From positions 420,001-452,000 of the forward strand of contig NC_009664.2 of assembly GCF_000017305.1 (NCBI RefSeq): 32,000 nt of DNA, written 5' to 3'. The translations under genes were made by a program, and so were the position numbers. Of the stretch, positions 15,902 to 23,199 are shown in pieces (the first letter of the stretch is position 1; every line of letters starts with the position of its first letter). The stretch comes from Kineococcus radiotolerans SRS30216 = ATCC BAA-149. Lineage in GTDB: Bacteria > Actinomycetota > Actinomycetes > Actinomycetales > Kineococcaceae. The notes beneath the pieces were generated by a model. It ran no database searches. It saw only the letters and a list, made by a program, of their open reading frames with translations, and was not told where the DNA came from.

Positions 15902-17071
15902 GTGGCAGCGACGGGGTACGTGGTGGAACGGCTCGACACGGGAGCGCTCACCGAGGCGCAGCTCGGCGAGTGGGAGGGCCTGCACGGGCGGCAGTCGGGG
16001 GTGGGGAACCCCTTCTGCGCCCCCGACTGGGTCCTGGAGTGGTACCGCAGCTACGTTCCCGACGCCTCCCGCCGGCACCTGCTGTGGGTGCGCGACCCCG
16101 ACGGCGGGCTGGCCGGGGTCGCCCCGATGCACGAGCAGGTGGTGGGTCCCCGCCGCCTGCCCGTCGGCCGGCGCCTGGTCCCGGTGGGCTACGGGCTGGG
16201 GACGGCGCTGGAGCTGCCCCAGGTCCTCACCACCGACGAGCACGCGCGCGCGGTGCACCACGCTGTCGTCGCCCGCACCCGCGACGCCGGCGCCGACTGG
16301 GCGGAGCTGTCCGTGGCCCGCGACCAGGCGTGGTTCGAGCCCGGCTGGGTGGAGGACACCACCGCGCAGGCGCCGCACTACACCCACCGCGCCGCGCGCG
16401 CCTGCGTCGTGCTGCCGCTGGCGGGCACGTGGGACGAGGTGCGCGGGGGGCTGAAGCGCAACCTGAAGGAGAGCCTGCGCCGCGGGCGCAACCGGCTCAC
16501 CCGGAGCGGGCGCGACTGGCAGGTGCGCACCCTGGAGGGCGCCGAGGTCGACGCCGCCGCGGTGCAGCGGTTCTTCGCCCTGCACGCGGCGCGGGCGGGG
16601 TTCGCGGGCACGTCCTCCAGCCACCCCGACGCCTACGCCGACCCGACCGGGCGGGCCCTGCTGGAGCGGCTGGTCCCCCGCCTGGCCGACGCCAAGGCGG
16701 CCAGCCTCGTGGAGCTCGTCGTCGACGGCGAGGTCGTGGCCGTCCAGCTGGCGCTGCACGCCGCCGGCACCTCGTACCTGCACTCCTCCGGGCTGGACCC
16801 GGAGTACTGGCAGTTCTCGGCGGTGACGCTGCTGCAGGCCGAGGTGGTGCGCTCCGCGGTCGCCCGCGGCGACCGCGTCGTCAACTTCTCCCCCGGCCCC
16901 AACGTCGCCAAGATGCGCTGGAGCGAGCGCGTGCACGTCGTGGACGACTTCGCCTACGCCACGGGCACGCGGGCCTCGGGGTTGCGCTTCCTGGCGTTCA
17001 CCCAGCTCGCCGCGGCCAGGCAGTACCGGCACGCGGTGGCGGTGGCGCGCTCCAACAGCCCCCGGGCCTGA
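15902..17071 (+). CDS. GNAT-fold acetyltransferase of the CelD/BioF2-like (Acetyltransf_6) type
   Basis: 389 aa. The N-terminal WEGLHGRQSGVGNPFCAPDWVLEWYRSY and C-terminal VAVQLALHAAGTSYLHSSGLDPEYWQFSAVTLLQAEVVRSAVARG...FSPGPNVAKMRW match the pattern of CelD-like GNAT proteins. The assignment is by recollection of the family pattern only. Confidence 0.6.
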   Translation: MAATGYVVERLDTGALTEAQLGEWEGLHGRQSGVGNPFCAPDWVLEWYRSYVPDASRRHLLWVRDPDGGLAGVAPMHEQVVGPRRLPVGRRLVPVGYGLGTALELPQVLTTDEHARAVHHAVVARTRDAGADWAELSVARDQAWFEPGWVEDTTAQAPHYTHRAARACVVLPLAGTWDEVRGGLKRNLKESLRRGRNRLTRSGRDWQVRTLEGAEVDAAAVQRFFALHAARAGFAGTSSSHPDAYADPTGRALLERLVPRLADAKAASLVELVVDGEVVAVQLALHAAGTSYLHSSGLDPEYWQFSAVTLLQAEVVRSAVARGDRVVNFSPGPNVAKMRWSERVHVVDDFAYATGTRASGLRFLAFTQLAAARQYRHAVAVARSNSPRA

Positions 17072-17089
17072 CACCGCGCCCGCGGCCCG

Positions 17090-17377
17090 GTGCGGGACGA
17101 TGACCCCGTGCCCGACCAGTCCGTACCGCGCGCCGTGGCCGACGCCGTCGCCGACTTCGTCGACCGGGAGGCCCGCTCCTCCGAGCCCCTCTTCGGCCTG
17201 GCCGACGCCGACGCCCGCGCCCGCGCCGGCTGGGCCTCCTTCGTCCGGCAGTACCGCCGAGCCGTGCGCGACGAGCGCGAGCTGACCGCCGACAACCTCG
17301 CTCGCGTGCTCCTGGACATCGCCTCGCTGTTCCGGCACGCGGAGGGGTTCGACGTCCGGTGGCTGGCCTGGGCGTGA
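17090..17377 (+). CDS. small hypothetical protein (95 aa, acidic, helical)
   Basis: Track ORF. G/C-ending codons run throughout when read by hand. It starts 18 bp after the GNAT stop. No family recognised. Confidence 0.5.
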   Translation: MRDDDPVPDQSVPRAVADAVADFVDREARSSEPLFGLADADARARAGWASFVRQYRRAVRDERELTADNLARVLLDIASLFRHAEGFDVRWLAWA

Positions 17378-17497
17378 GCCCGCGGGCGCCGCGTCGCGCG
17401 GTGAACGGGTCCGGGGTGGTGGGCGGGGCGCACCGCCCCTAGCGTTCGCCGCGGGTCGCGGCAGCAGCCGCCGACCCCCGCGCTCCCAGGAGGTTCC

Positions 17498-18436
17498 GTG
17501 CCGGCCGAGGCCACCACCCGTCCCGAACTCGTCCCGCTCGGGCCCGGCGCCCACGACCTGATCCACTTCTCCCTCGTCGTGGCCGGGTTCGCCCTCCTGG
17601 CCCACTTCCTGCGGACCTGGCACTCCACCGGCGAGGTGAGCGCCCGGTACCGCCCCGCGGTGCTGGCCTCCCTGGCCGTCACCGGCGTCGCGTTCCTCTC
17701 CTACGTCTACCTCGTCCTGGAGTTCGACCAGGGCTACGACCTGCGCGAGGGGGTGTACCAGCCCAACGCCGAGGCCCTGAACACCCTGGTGCCGCGCTAC
17801 ATGGACTGGGCCGTCACCGTCCCGCTGCTGATGGTCGAGTTCCTCGCCGTGTCGGCGGTGGTGGGGGCGGCGGCCCGCCGAACCCGGTTCACGCTGGTGG
17901 GCCTGGCGTTCCTGATGATCCTCACGGGGTTCATCGGTGCCGCGGTGCAGGAGGACGGGACCAGCCGGACCGCCCTGATCGCCTGGGGGGTCGTCTCCAG
18001 CGCGTTCTACGCCGCGCTGCACGTGGTGCTGATCCGGGTGCTGCGCCGGTCCCGGGGCGCGATGGGCGCGCAGGCGTACACCAGCTACCGCAACGCCACG
18101 ATCCTCCTGCTGAGCGTCTGGGGCTGGTACCCGATCGCCTACGCCCTCCAGGTCTGGTTCGGGGGCCAGTGGTGGACGGTGACGATCCAGGTCGGTTTCA
18201 GCGCCGCCGACATCGCCGCCAAGGTCGGCTTCGGTGCGCTGATCCACAAGGTCGCGAAGCTGCGCACGGCCGAGGAGGTCGAGGCGGGGTCGACGACCCA
18301 CCCGGAGGAGGTCTGGATCTCCTCCGTCCGGTTCTCCGAGGGCGTCCAGCCCGTCCTCAAGGGGGTGCTCGGCCCGGACCACCACGACCACCACGGCGGG
18401 CGGGTCGACCCGGCCGGGGACCCCGGGCACCACTAG
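17498..18436 (+). CDS. type-1 microbial rhodopsin (7-TM retinal protein, DTE motif; predicted light-driven proton pump)
   Basis: 312 aa with seven hydrophobic helices. Helix C is R100-YMD103-WAVT107-VPLLMVE114-F (compare proteorhodopsin RYIDWLLTVPLLICEF and BR RYADWLFTTPLLLLDL). Helix F is SVWGWYPIAY (PR GWAIYPVGY). Helix G is AAD238-IAAK242-VGFG (BR DVSAKVGFG), with the Lys codon aag at 18221-18223. AGGAGG lies 4 nt upstream of the GTG start. Confidence 0.85.
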   Translation: MPAEATTRPELVPLGPGAHDLIHFSLVVAGFALLAHFLRTWHSTGEVSARYRPAVLASLAVTGVAFLSYVYLVLEFDQGYDLREGVYQPNAEALNTLVPRYMDWAVTVPLLMVEFLAVSAVVGAAARRTRFTLVGLAFLMILTGFIGAAVQEDGTSRTALIAWGVVSSAFYAALHVVLIRVLRRSRGAMGAQAYTSYRNATILLLSVWGWYPIAYALQVWFGGQWWTVTIQVGFSAADIAAKVGFGALIHKVAKLRTAEEVEAGSTTHPEEVWISSVRFSEGVQPVLKGVLGPDHHDHHGGRVDPAGDPGHH

Positions 18437-18493
18437 ACCCGCGGCCCGGACCGGGCCCGCACCGCCGGCGCGCCCGGACCCCCACCGCGGGTC
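18436..18493. terminator. candidate structured region between the convergent rhodopsin and 193-aa genes
   Basis: GACCCGCGG (18436-18444) is complementary to CCGCGGGTC (18485-18493). Small internal GC palindromes are present (CCCGGaCCGGG, GGCGCGCC). No U-tract. Confidence 0.25.
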
Positions 18494-18509
18494 CGGACGC
18501 GCCGTCGTC

Positions 18510-19091
18510 CTAGCGGGCGCGGTTCAGCCGGCGCAGCGCCGCGGAGGCGCCGACGGCGATCCCGGTCCCGGCCGCCACCCAGGGCCCGGCGACGACGAGG
18601 GGGTCCATCCAGGTGTGCTTCACGTCCGCCCGGCCCCGGCCCACCCGCGAGCGGATCCCGTGGTGGGAGAACTCCGCCCGGACCCCGGTCTCGGTGAACG
18701 GGTTGTCGGGCCGCTTCGACGCGTACGAGGCGGCGGTGCTCTCCAGGGTGTCGATGCGGTCCGCGGCGACGAGCAGCAGCCAGTGCGCGGCACGGCCCTC
18801 GCTGAAGCGGCGGTACGCGTAGCGGCGCACGACCCCGGACAGCCCCTTCGGCGGGCAGGCCGTGCTGAACACGGGGGTGAGGAACGCGTGCTCGATCGAG
18901 CGCTCGCGGGGGTGCAGCTCCGGCTGGCGCTCGGGGAACTCCCAGCGCGCGCCGTAGGCACCCGGGTCGAACACCTCCTGCGGCACCGAGGGGCGGCCCG
19001 CCGGGTCGAGGTCGACCCCCCACCCGGGGATGCGGGCCCGCAGCTGCTCGCTCGTCTCGGGCAGCGGCGGTTTCTGCGGCCGGTAGGCCAT
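18510..19091 (-). CDS. hypothetical protein with a C-terminal membrane anchor (193 aa)
   Basis: Track ORF with good GC3. GGAGG lies in the 9-bp spacer after the upstream dehydrogenase stop. The C-terminal hydrophobic helix is PLVVAGPWVAAGTGIAVGASAAL. No family recognised. Confidence 0.6.
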   Translation of the reverse strand: MAYRPQKPPLPETSEQLRARIPGWGVDLDPAGRPSVPQEVFDPGAYGARWEFPERQPELHPRERSIEHAFLTPVFSTACPPKGLSGVVRRYAYRRFSEGRAAHWLLLVAADRIDTLESTAASYASKRPDNPFTETGVRAEFSHHGIRSRVGRGRADVKHTWMDPLVVAGPWVAAGTGIAVGASAALRRLNRAR

Positions 19092-19100
19092 GGGACCTCC

Positions 19101-20240
19101 TCAGGCGGGGGTGGGGACGATCAGGGGTTTGAGGCAGTCGTCCAGCTTGGACGAGAAGATGTGGTAGCCCTCGGCGATGTGCTCCAGGGGGATCCGGTGC
19201 GTCACGAGGTCGCGGGGGGTCAGGTGGCCGTTGCGGACGTGCTCGAACAACCGCGGCCACTGGCGCTTCACCGGGCACTGGTTCATCCGCAGGGTCAGGC
19301 CCTTGTTCACCGCGTCACCGAACTTGACGGAGTTCGGGATCGGTCCGTAGGCCCCCATCACGGAGATCGTGGCCCCCTTGCGCACGGAGTCGATGGCCCA
19401 GTTCAGCGCCACCGCCGATCCCCCCTGCAGCTTGAGCTTGGCCCCGGTCACGTGCTGGCGGAAGTTCCCGTCGGCCTCGGCGCCCACCGAGTCGATGGCG
19501 ACGTCGGCGCCGAGGTGGTCGGTGATGCGCTTGAGGTGGACGACGACGTCGTCGTGCTCGGCGAAGTTCACCGTCTCCGTCTGCGCGAACGTCCTCGCCT
19601 TCTCCAGCCGGTAGTCGAGGTGGTCGACGACGATGACCCGGCCGGCCCCCATGAGCCACGCCGAGCGGGCGGCGACGAGACCGACGGGCCCGGCGCCGAA
19701 CACGACGACGACGTCGCCCTCGCGGATCTCGCCGAGCTGCGCGCCGAAGTACCCGGTGGCCGTGGCGTCGGTGAGCAGGACCGCGTCCTCGTCGTGCATC
19801 CACTCCGGGATCAGGGTGGGGCCGACGTCGGCGAACGGGACCCGCACGTACTCGGCCTGCCCGCCGTCGTAACCGCCGGCGGTGTGGGAGTACCCGTAGA
19901 TCCCGCCCACGGCGGTCGCGTTGGGGTTGACGTTGTGGCAGTTCGAGAGCATCCCCCGCGCGCAGTAGAAGCAGGAACCGCAGGAGATGTTGAACGGGAC
20001 CATGACGCGGTCGCCGGGCACGAGGGACTGCACGGAACTGCCGACGCTCTCCACGACGCCGATGAACTCGTGCCCGAACGTCGTCCCGACCCGGGTGTCG
20101 GGCATGAGCCCGTGGTACAGGTGGAGGTCCGATCCGCAGATCGCCGCGAGGGTCACCCGCACGATGGCGTCGTTGGGGTGCTCGATCCTCGGGACGTCCT
20201 TCTCCTCGACCCGGACCCGGTAGGGCCCGCGGTACACCAT
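19101..20240 (-). CDS. zinc-dependent alcohol dehydrogenase family, glutathione-independent formaldehyde dehydrogenase-like
   Basis: 379 aa from ATG 20240 (MVYRGPYRVRVEEKDVP...). Motifs: AICGSDLHLYHG, GHEFIGVVESVG, the structural-Zn Cys cluster ISCGSCFYCARGMLSNC, YGYSHTAGGYDGGQAEYVRVPFAD (very FdhA-like), and the Rossmann motif VFGAGPVGL. Confidence 0.85.
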   Translation of the reverse strand: MVYRGPYRVRVEEKDVPRIEHPNDAIVRVTLAAICGSDLHLYHGLMPDTRVGTTFGHEFIGVVESVGSSVQSLVPGDRVMVPFNISCGSCFYCARGMLSNCHNVNPNATAVGGIYGYSHTAGGYDGGQAEYVRVPFADVGPTLIPEWMHDEDAVLLTDATATGYFGAQLGEIREGDVVVVFGAGPVGLVAARSAWLMGAGRVIVVDHLDYRLEKARTFAQTETVNFAEHDDVVVHLKRITDHLGADVAIDSVGAEADGNFRQHVTGAKLKLQGGSAVALNWAIDSVRKGATISVMGAYGPIPNSVKFGDAVNKGLTLRMNQCPVKRQWPRLFEHVRNGHLTPRDLVTHRIPLEHIAEGYHIFSSKLDDCLKPLIVPTPA

Positions 20241-20404
20241 GGCGCGCACGTGCCGCCTCCCCGTCGCGGCCGGTGGGCCGCCGTCGAACGACGGGCCGTC
20301 GGCGCGGCCCCTTGGGGGCCCACTGTGCTCGCGGGAGGACGGACGCGCCAGCGCAACCTTGGCCCGCAACTCCCCGCCCGCGCCCGTGCGGCCGCGGGGG
20401 TGGC

Positions 20405-20707
20405 CTAGGAGGCCAGCCGCTGGCCGGCGCGGGAACCCGCCGCCGCGGGGTCCGCCTCGTCGTCGGGCCGGTTGATCCCGGCCCACACCTCGTCCAGGGA
20501 GAGGCCGAGGACGTCGGCGATGGTCGCGATGGTCGGGAAGGCGGGGGTGGCCACCCGGCCGGACTCGATCTTGCGGAGGGTCTCCGGGGAGAGGCCGGCG
20601 TCGAGGGCGGTCTGGAGCATGGAGCGCGACCCCCGGGCCCGGCGCAGGAGCGCGCCGAGGCGCCGTCCGCGCTCGAGCTCGGCGGGGGTGAGCGGCAGCC
20701 TGACCAT
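20405..20707 (-). CDS. XRE-family helix-turn-helix transcriptional regulator (100 aa)
   Basis: RLGALLRRARGSRSMLQTALDAGLSPETLRKIESGRVATPAFPTIATIADVLGLSLDEVW is a classic Cro/C1 HTH. The C-terminal tail looks disordered. Confidence 0.85.
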   Translation of the reverse strand: MVRLPLTPAELERGRRLGALLRRARGSRSMLQTALDAGLSPETLRKIESGRVATPAFPTIATIADVLGLSLDEVWAGINRPDDEADPAAAGSRAGQRLAS

Positions 20708-20714
20708 GGCCCCG

Positions 20715-20720
20715 ATCGTA
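20715..20720 (-). promoter_or_regulatory. candidate -10 hexamer (TACGAT) for a leaderless XRE transcript
   Basis: The minus strand reads gtaccggTACTACGATcggggccATG. The hexamer ends 7 nt before the ATG, and there is no Shine-Dalgarno sequence. Confidence 0.35.
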
Positions 20721-20790
20721 GTACCGGTACAGTGTTACCGGTATGACTTTACCGGCATGACTTTACCGGTGCACCGTCACCGGTAGGACC
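20721..20790. promoter_or_regulatory. phased array of five 14-bp units, each with a palindromic ACCGG(T/C) core (candidate operator array)
   Basis: The units are gtACCGGTacagtg / ttACCGGTatgact / ttACCGGCatgact / ttACCGGTgcaccg / tcACCGGTaggacc. The cores start at 20723, 20737, 20751, 20765 and 20779, exactly 14 bp apart. The first unit is a 10-bp perfect palindrome, GTACCGGTAC. Units 2 and 3 are identical apart from one base. Confidence 0.6.
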
Positions 20791-20815
20791 GTCTGAACCG
20801 TGCGGAGGACGTCGC

Positions 20816-21604
20816 GTGATCGAGATCCTGAACCCCGGCGAGCTGGCCCGCGCGCGGGAGACCGGCGCCCTGGTCGCCCACGTCCTGCAGACGCTGAAGG
20901 CCCGCAGCACCGTCGGCACCAACCTCCTGGAGATCGACCGGTGGGCCCGGGACATGATCGAGGAGGCCGGGGCGGAGTCCTGCTACGTCGACTACGCCCC
21001 GTCCTTCGGGCGCGGCCCCTTCGGCCACCACATCTGCACCGGCGTCAACGACGCGGTCCTGCACGGCCTCCCCCACGACTACGCCCTCGCCGACGGGGAC
21101 CTGCTGACCCTCGACCTCGCGGTCTCGCTGGCGGGGATCGCCGCCGACGCCGCCGTCAGCTTCGTCGTGGGCGACGCGCGACCCCCGGGGAGCCTGGCCC
21201 TGATCGAGGTGACCGAGCGCGCGCTGAGCGCCGGGATCGCCGCTGCCCGCCCCGGGGCGCGCGTCGGCGACGTCTCCCACGCCATCGGCTCGGTCCTCAC
21301 CGGCGCCGGGTACCCGGTCAACACCCAGTTCGGGGGCCACGGCATCGGTTCGACGATGCACCAGGACCCGCACGTCTCCAACGCCGGGCGCCCCGGGCGC
21401 GGCTACGAGCTGCGCCCGGGGCTCGTGCTCGCGCTGGAGCCGTGGGTCATGGCCGACACCGCCGAGCTCGTCACCGACCCCGACGGGTGGACCCTGCGCA
21501 GCGCGACGGGTTGCCGGACGGCGCACAGCGAGCACACCGTCGCCATCACCGACGACGGGGCCGAGGTCCTCACCCTGCCCGCGGCGGCCGGCCTCCCGGG
21601 CTGA
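20816..21604 (+). CDS. map: type I methionine aminopeptidase
   Basis: 262 aa from GTG 20816 (GGAGGA 6 nt upstream). Metal-ligand blocks in the usual order: GDLLTLDLAV, IAADAAVSF, GHGIGSTMHQDP, LALEPWV, HSEHTVAIT. Confidence 0.9.
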   Translation: MIEILNPGELARARETGALVAHVLQTLKARSTVGTNLLEIDRWARDMIEEAGAESCYVDYAPSFGRGPFGHHICTGVNDAVLHGLPHDYALADGDLLTLDLAVSLAGIAADAAVSFVVGDARPPGSLALIEVTERALSAGIAAARPGARVGDVSHAIGSVLTGAGYPVNTQFGGHGIGSTMHQDPHVSNAGRPGRGYELRPGLVLALEPWVMADTAELVTDPDGWTLRSATGCRTAHSEHTVAITDDGAEVLTLPAAAGLPG

Positions 21605-21620
21605 CCCGGCACCCGCCGGG
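21605..21620. terminator. short GC hairpin between the convergent map and selO stops
   Basis: CCCGGC-accc-GCCGGG (6-bp stem, 4-nt loop) fills the 17-bp gap between the two stop codons. Confidence 0.3.
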
Positions 21621-21621
21621 C

Positions 21622-23082
21622 TCAGGTGCCGCAGAAGGTCCGGTAGGCGCCGAAGTCCTCCGGGGCCGGGGCCGCGTAGCGCTCCAGCCCCGGACGCTCC
21701 TCGTAGGGCGCGTCCAGGACCTCCACGAGACGCTGCACCGGGCCGAGGTCACCGCCGGTCGCGGCGGTGAGGGCCTCCTCGACGAGGTGGTTGCGCGGGA
21801 CGTAGACCGGGTTCACCCGGTCCATGGCCGTCCCGTCGGGGCTCAGGGCGAGCCAGCGCTCCAGCCAGTCCCCGAACGCCGGGTCCGCGACCAGCGCGCG
21901 CACGGGGGCGGCGTCCCCGCGCGCCGCGACGGCGAGGGCGCGGAAGAACGACGTGTGGTCGGGGCGGTCGCGGGTGAGCAGGTCCAGCAGGTCCCCGGTG
22001 AGCGGGGTGGTGACCGCGTCCCCGAGGTCGTCGGGCAGGCCGAGCTTGGCGCGCATCCCCCCGGAGTAGGCGGCGTCGTAGCGGGTGCGGAAGGTCCCCA
22101 GGGCCTCGGTGGCGAGGGCCACGGCCTGCTCCTGGTCCTCGTGCAGCAGGGGCAGCAGCGCCTCGGCGAGACGGGCGAGGTTCCACTCGGCCACGGCGGG
22201 CTGGTTGCCGTAGGCGTAGCGCCCGGCGTGGTCGATCGAGCTGTAGACGGTGGCCGGGTCGAAGGCGTCGAGGAAGGCGCAGGGCCCGTAGTCGATGGTC
22301 TCCCCCGAGATCGTCGTGTTGTCGGTGTTCATGACGCCGTGGACGAACCCCACGAGCATCCACCGGGCCACCAGCGAGGCCTGGGCGGCGACGACGGCCT
22401 CGAACAGCGCCAGGGGCGGGTTCGCGGCCGTCGCGGCGGCGGGGTGGTGGCGGGCGGTGGCGTGGTCGGCGAGGCGGCGCAGCAGGTCGGGGTCGCCGGT
22501 GGCGCGGGCGTACTGGAAGCTGCCGACGCGCAGGTGGCTGGCCGCGACCCGGGCCAGGACGGCACCGGGCAGGGTGGTCTCGCGGTGCACCGCGCGCCCG
22601 GTCGCCACCACGGCCAGGGCGCGGGTGGTGGGGATGCCCAGGGCGTGCAGGCCCCGGCTGACGACGTGCTCGCGCAGCATGGGTCCCACCGCGGCCAGGC
22701 CGTCGCCGCCCCGGGCGAACGGGGTGCGCCCGGACCCCTTGAGGTGCAGGTCGCGGACCCGGCCGTGGACGTCGACGAGCTCACCGAGCAGCAGCGCGCG
22801 CCCGTCGCCGAGGCGGGGGGAGAACCCGCCGAACTGGTGCCCGGCGTAGGCCTGGGCCACGGGCTCGGCGCCCTCGGGGACCTCGGTGCCCAGCAGGAGG
22901 CCCAGCCCCTCGGGACCGCGCAACCAGCGGGGGTCGAGGCCGAGCTCCACGGCCAGCTGCTCGTCGAGCACGAGCAGGTGCGGGTCGGGGGCCGCCTCCC
23001 CCTGCCAGGGGACCGCCATCTCGGGCAGTTCCCGCGCGAAGCGGTGGTCGAGGACGATGGTCGAGGACGGTGCCACGCTCAT
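21622..23082 (-). CDS. selO: protein adenylyltransferase SelO (YdiU/UPF0061 family)
   Basis: 486 aa. Motifs: [101 protein letters not shown]. Confidence 0.9.
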   Translation of the reverse strand: MSVAPSSTIVLDHRFARELPEMAVPWQGEAAPDPHLLVLDEQLAVELGLDPRWLRGPEGLGLLLGTEVPEGAEPVAQAYAGHQFGGFSPRLGDGRALLLGELVDVHGRVRDLHLKGSGRTPFARGGDGLAAVGPMLREHVVSRGLHALGIPTTRALAVVATGRAVHRETTLPGAVLARVAASHLRVGSFQYARATGDPDLLRRLADHATARHHPAAATAANPPLALFEAVVAAQASLVARWMLVGFVHGVMNTDNTTISGETIDYGPCAFLDAFDPATVYSSIDHAGRYAYGNQPAVAEWNLARLAEALLPLLHEDQEQAVALATEALGTFRTRYDAAYSGGMRAKLGLPDDLGDAVTTPLTGDLLDLLTRDRPDHTSFFRALAVAARGDAAPVRALVADPAFGDWLERWLALSPDGTAMDRVNPVYVPRNHLVEEALTAATGGDLGPVQRLVEVLDAPYEERPGLERYAAPAPEDFGAYRTFCGT

Positions 23083-23150
23083 CTCGTCGAGGGTACGCCG
23101 GGTCGCGCCGGTACCCGGGGTCGGCGGCGGCCCGTCCCCCGCTCCCCCGG

Positions 23151-23184
23151 CGGTGGCCCGTCCCCCGGGGAGGACGGGCCACCG
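23151..23184 (-). terminator. strong GC hairpin immediately downstream of rnj (candidate intrinsic terminator, no U-tract)
   Basis: CGGTGGCCCGTCC (23151-23163) pairs perfectly with GGACGGGCCACCG (23172-23184), giving a 13-bp stem and an 8-nt loop. It starts 16 nt after the rnj stop. A near-copy of the left arm (GGCGGCCCGTCCCCCG) lies about 27 bp away. Confidence 0.55.
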
Positions 23185-23199
23185 GTCCGGGCGGGCGCC

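Noticed and set aside
15683-20404. Retinal or carotenoid biosynthesis genes (crtE/B/I/Y, blh/brp) near the rhodopsin.
   Set aside because: None of the neighbouring ORFs has the signatures of these enzymes. Their absence from this window says nothing about the rest of the genome.
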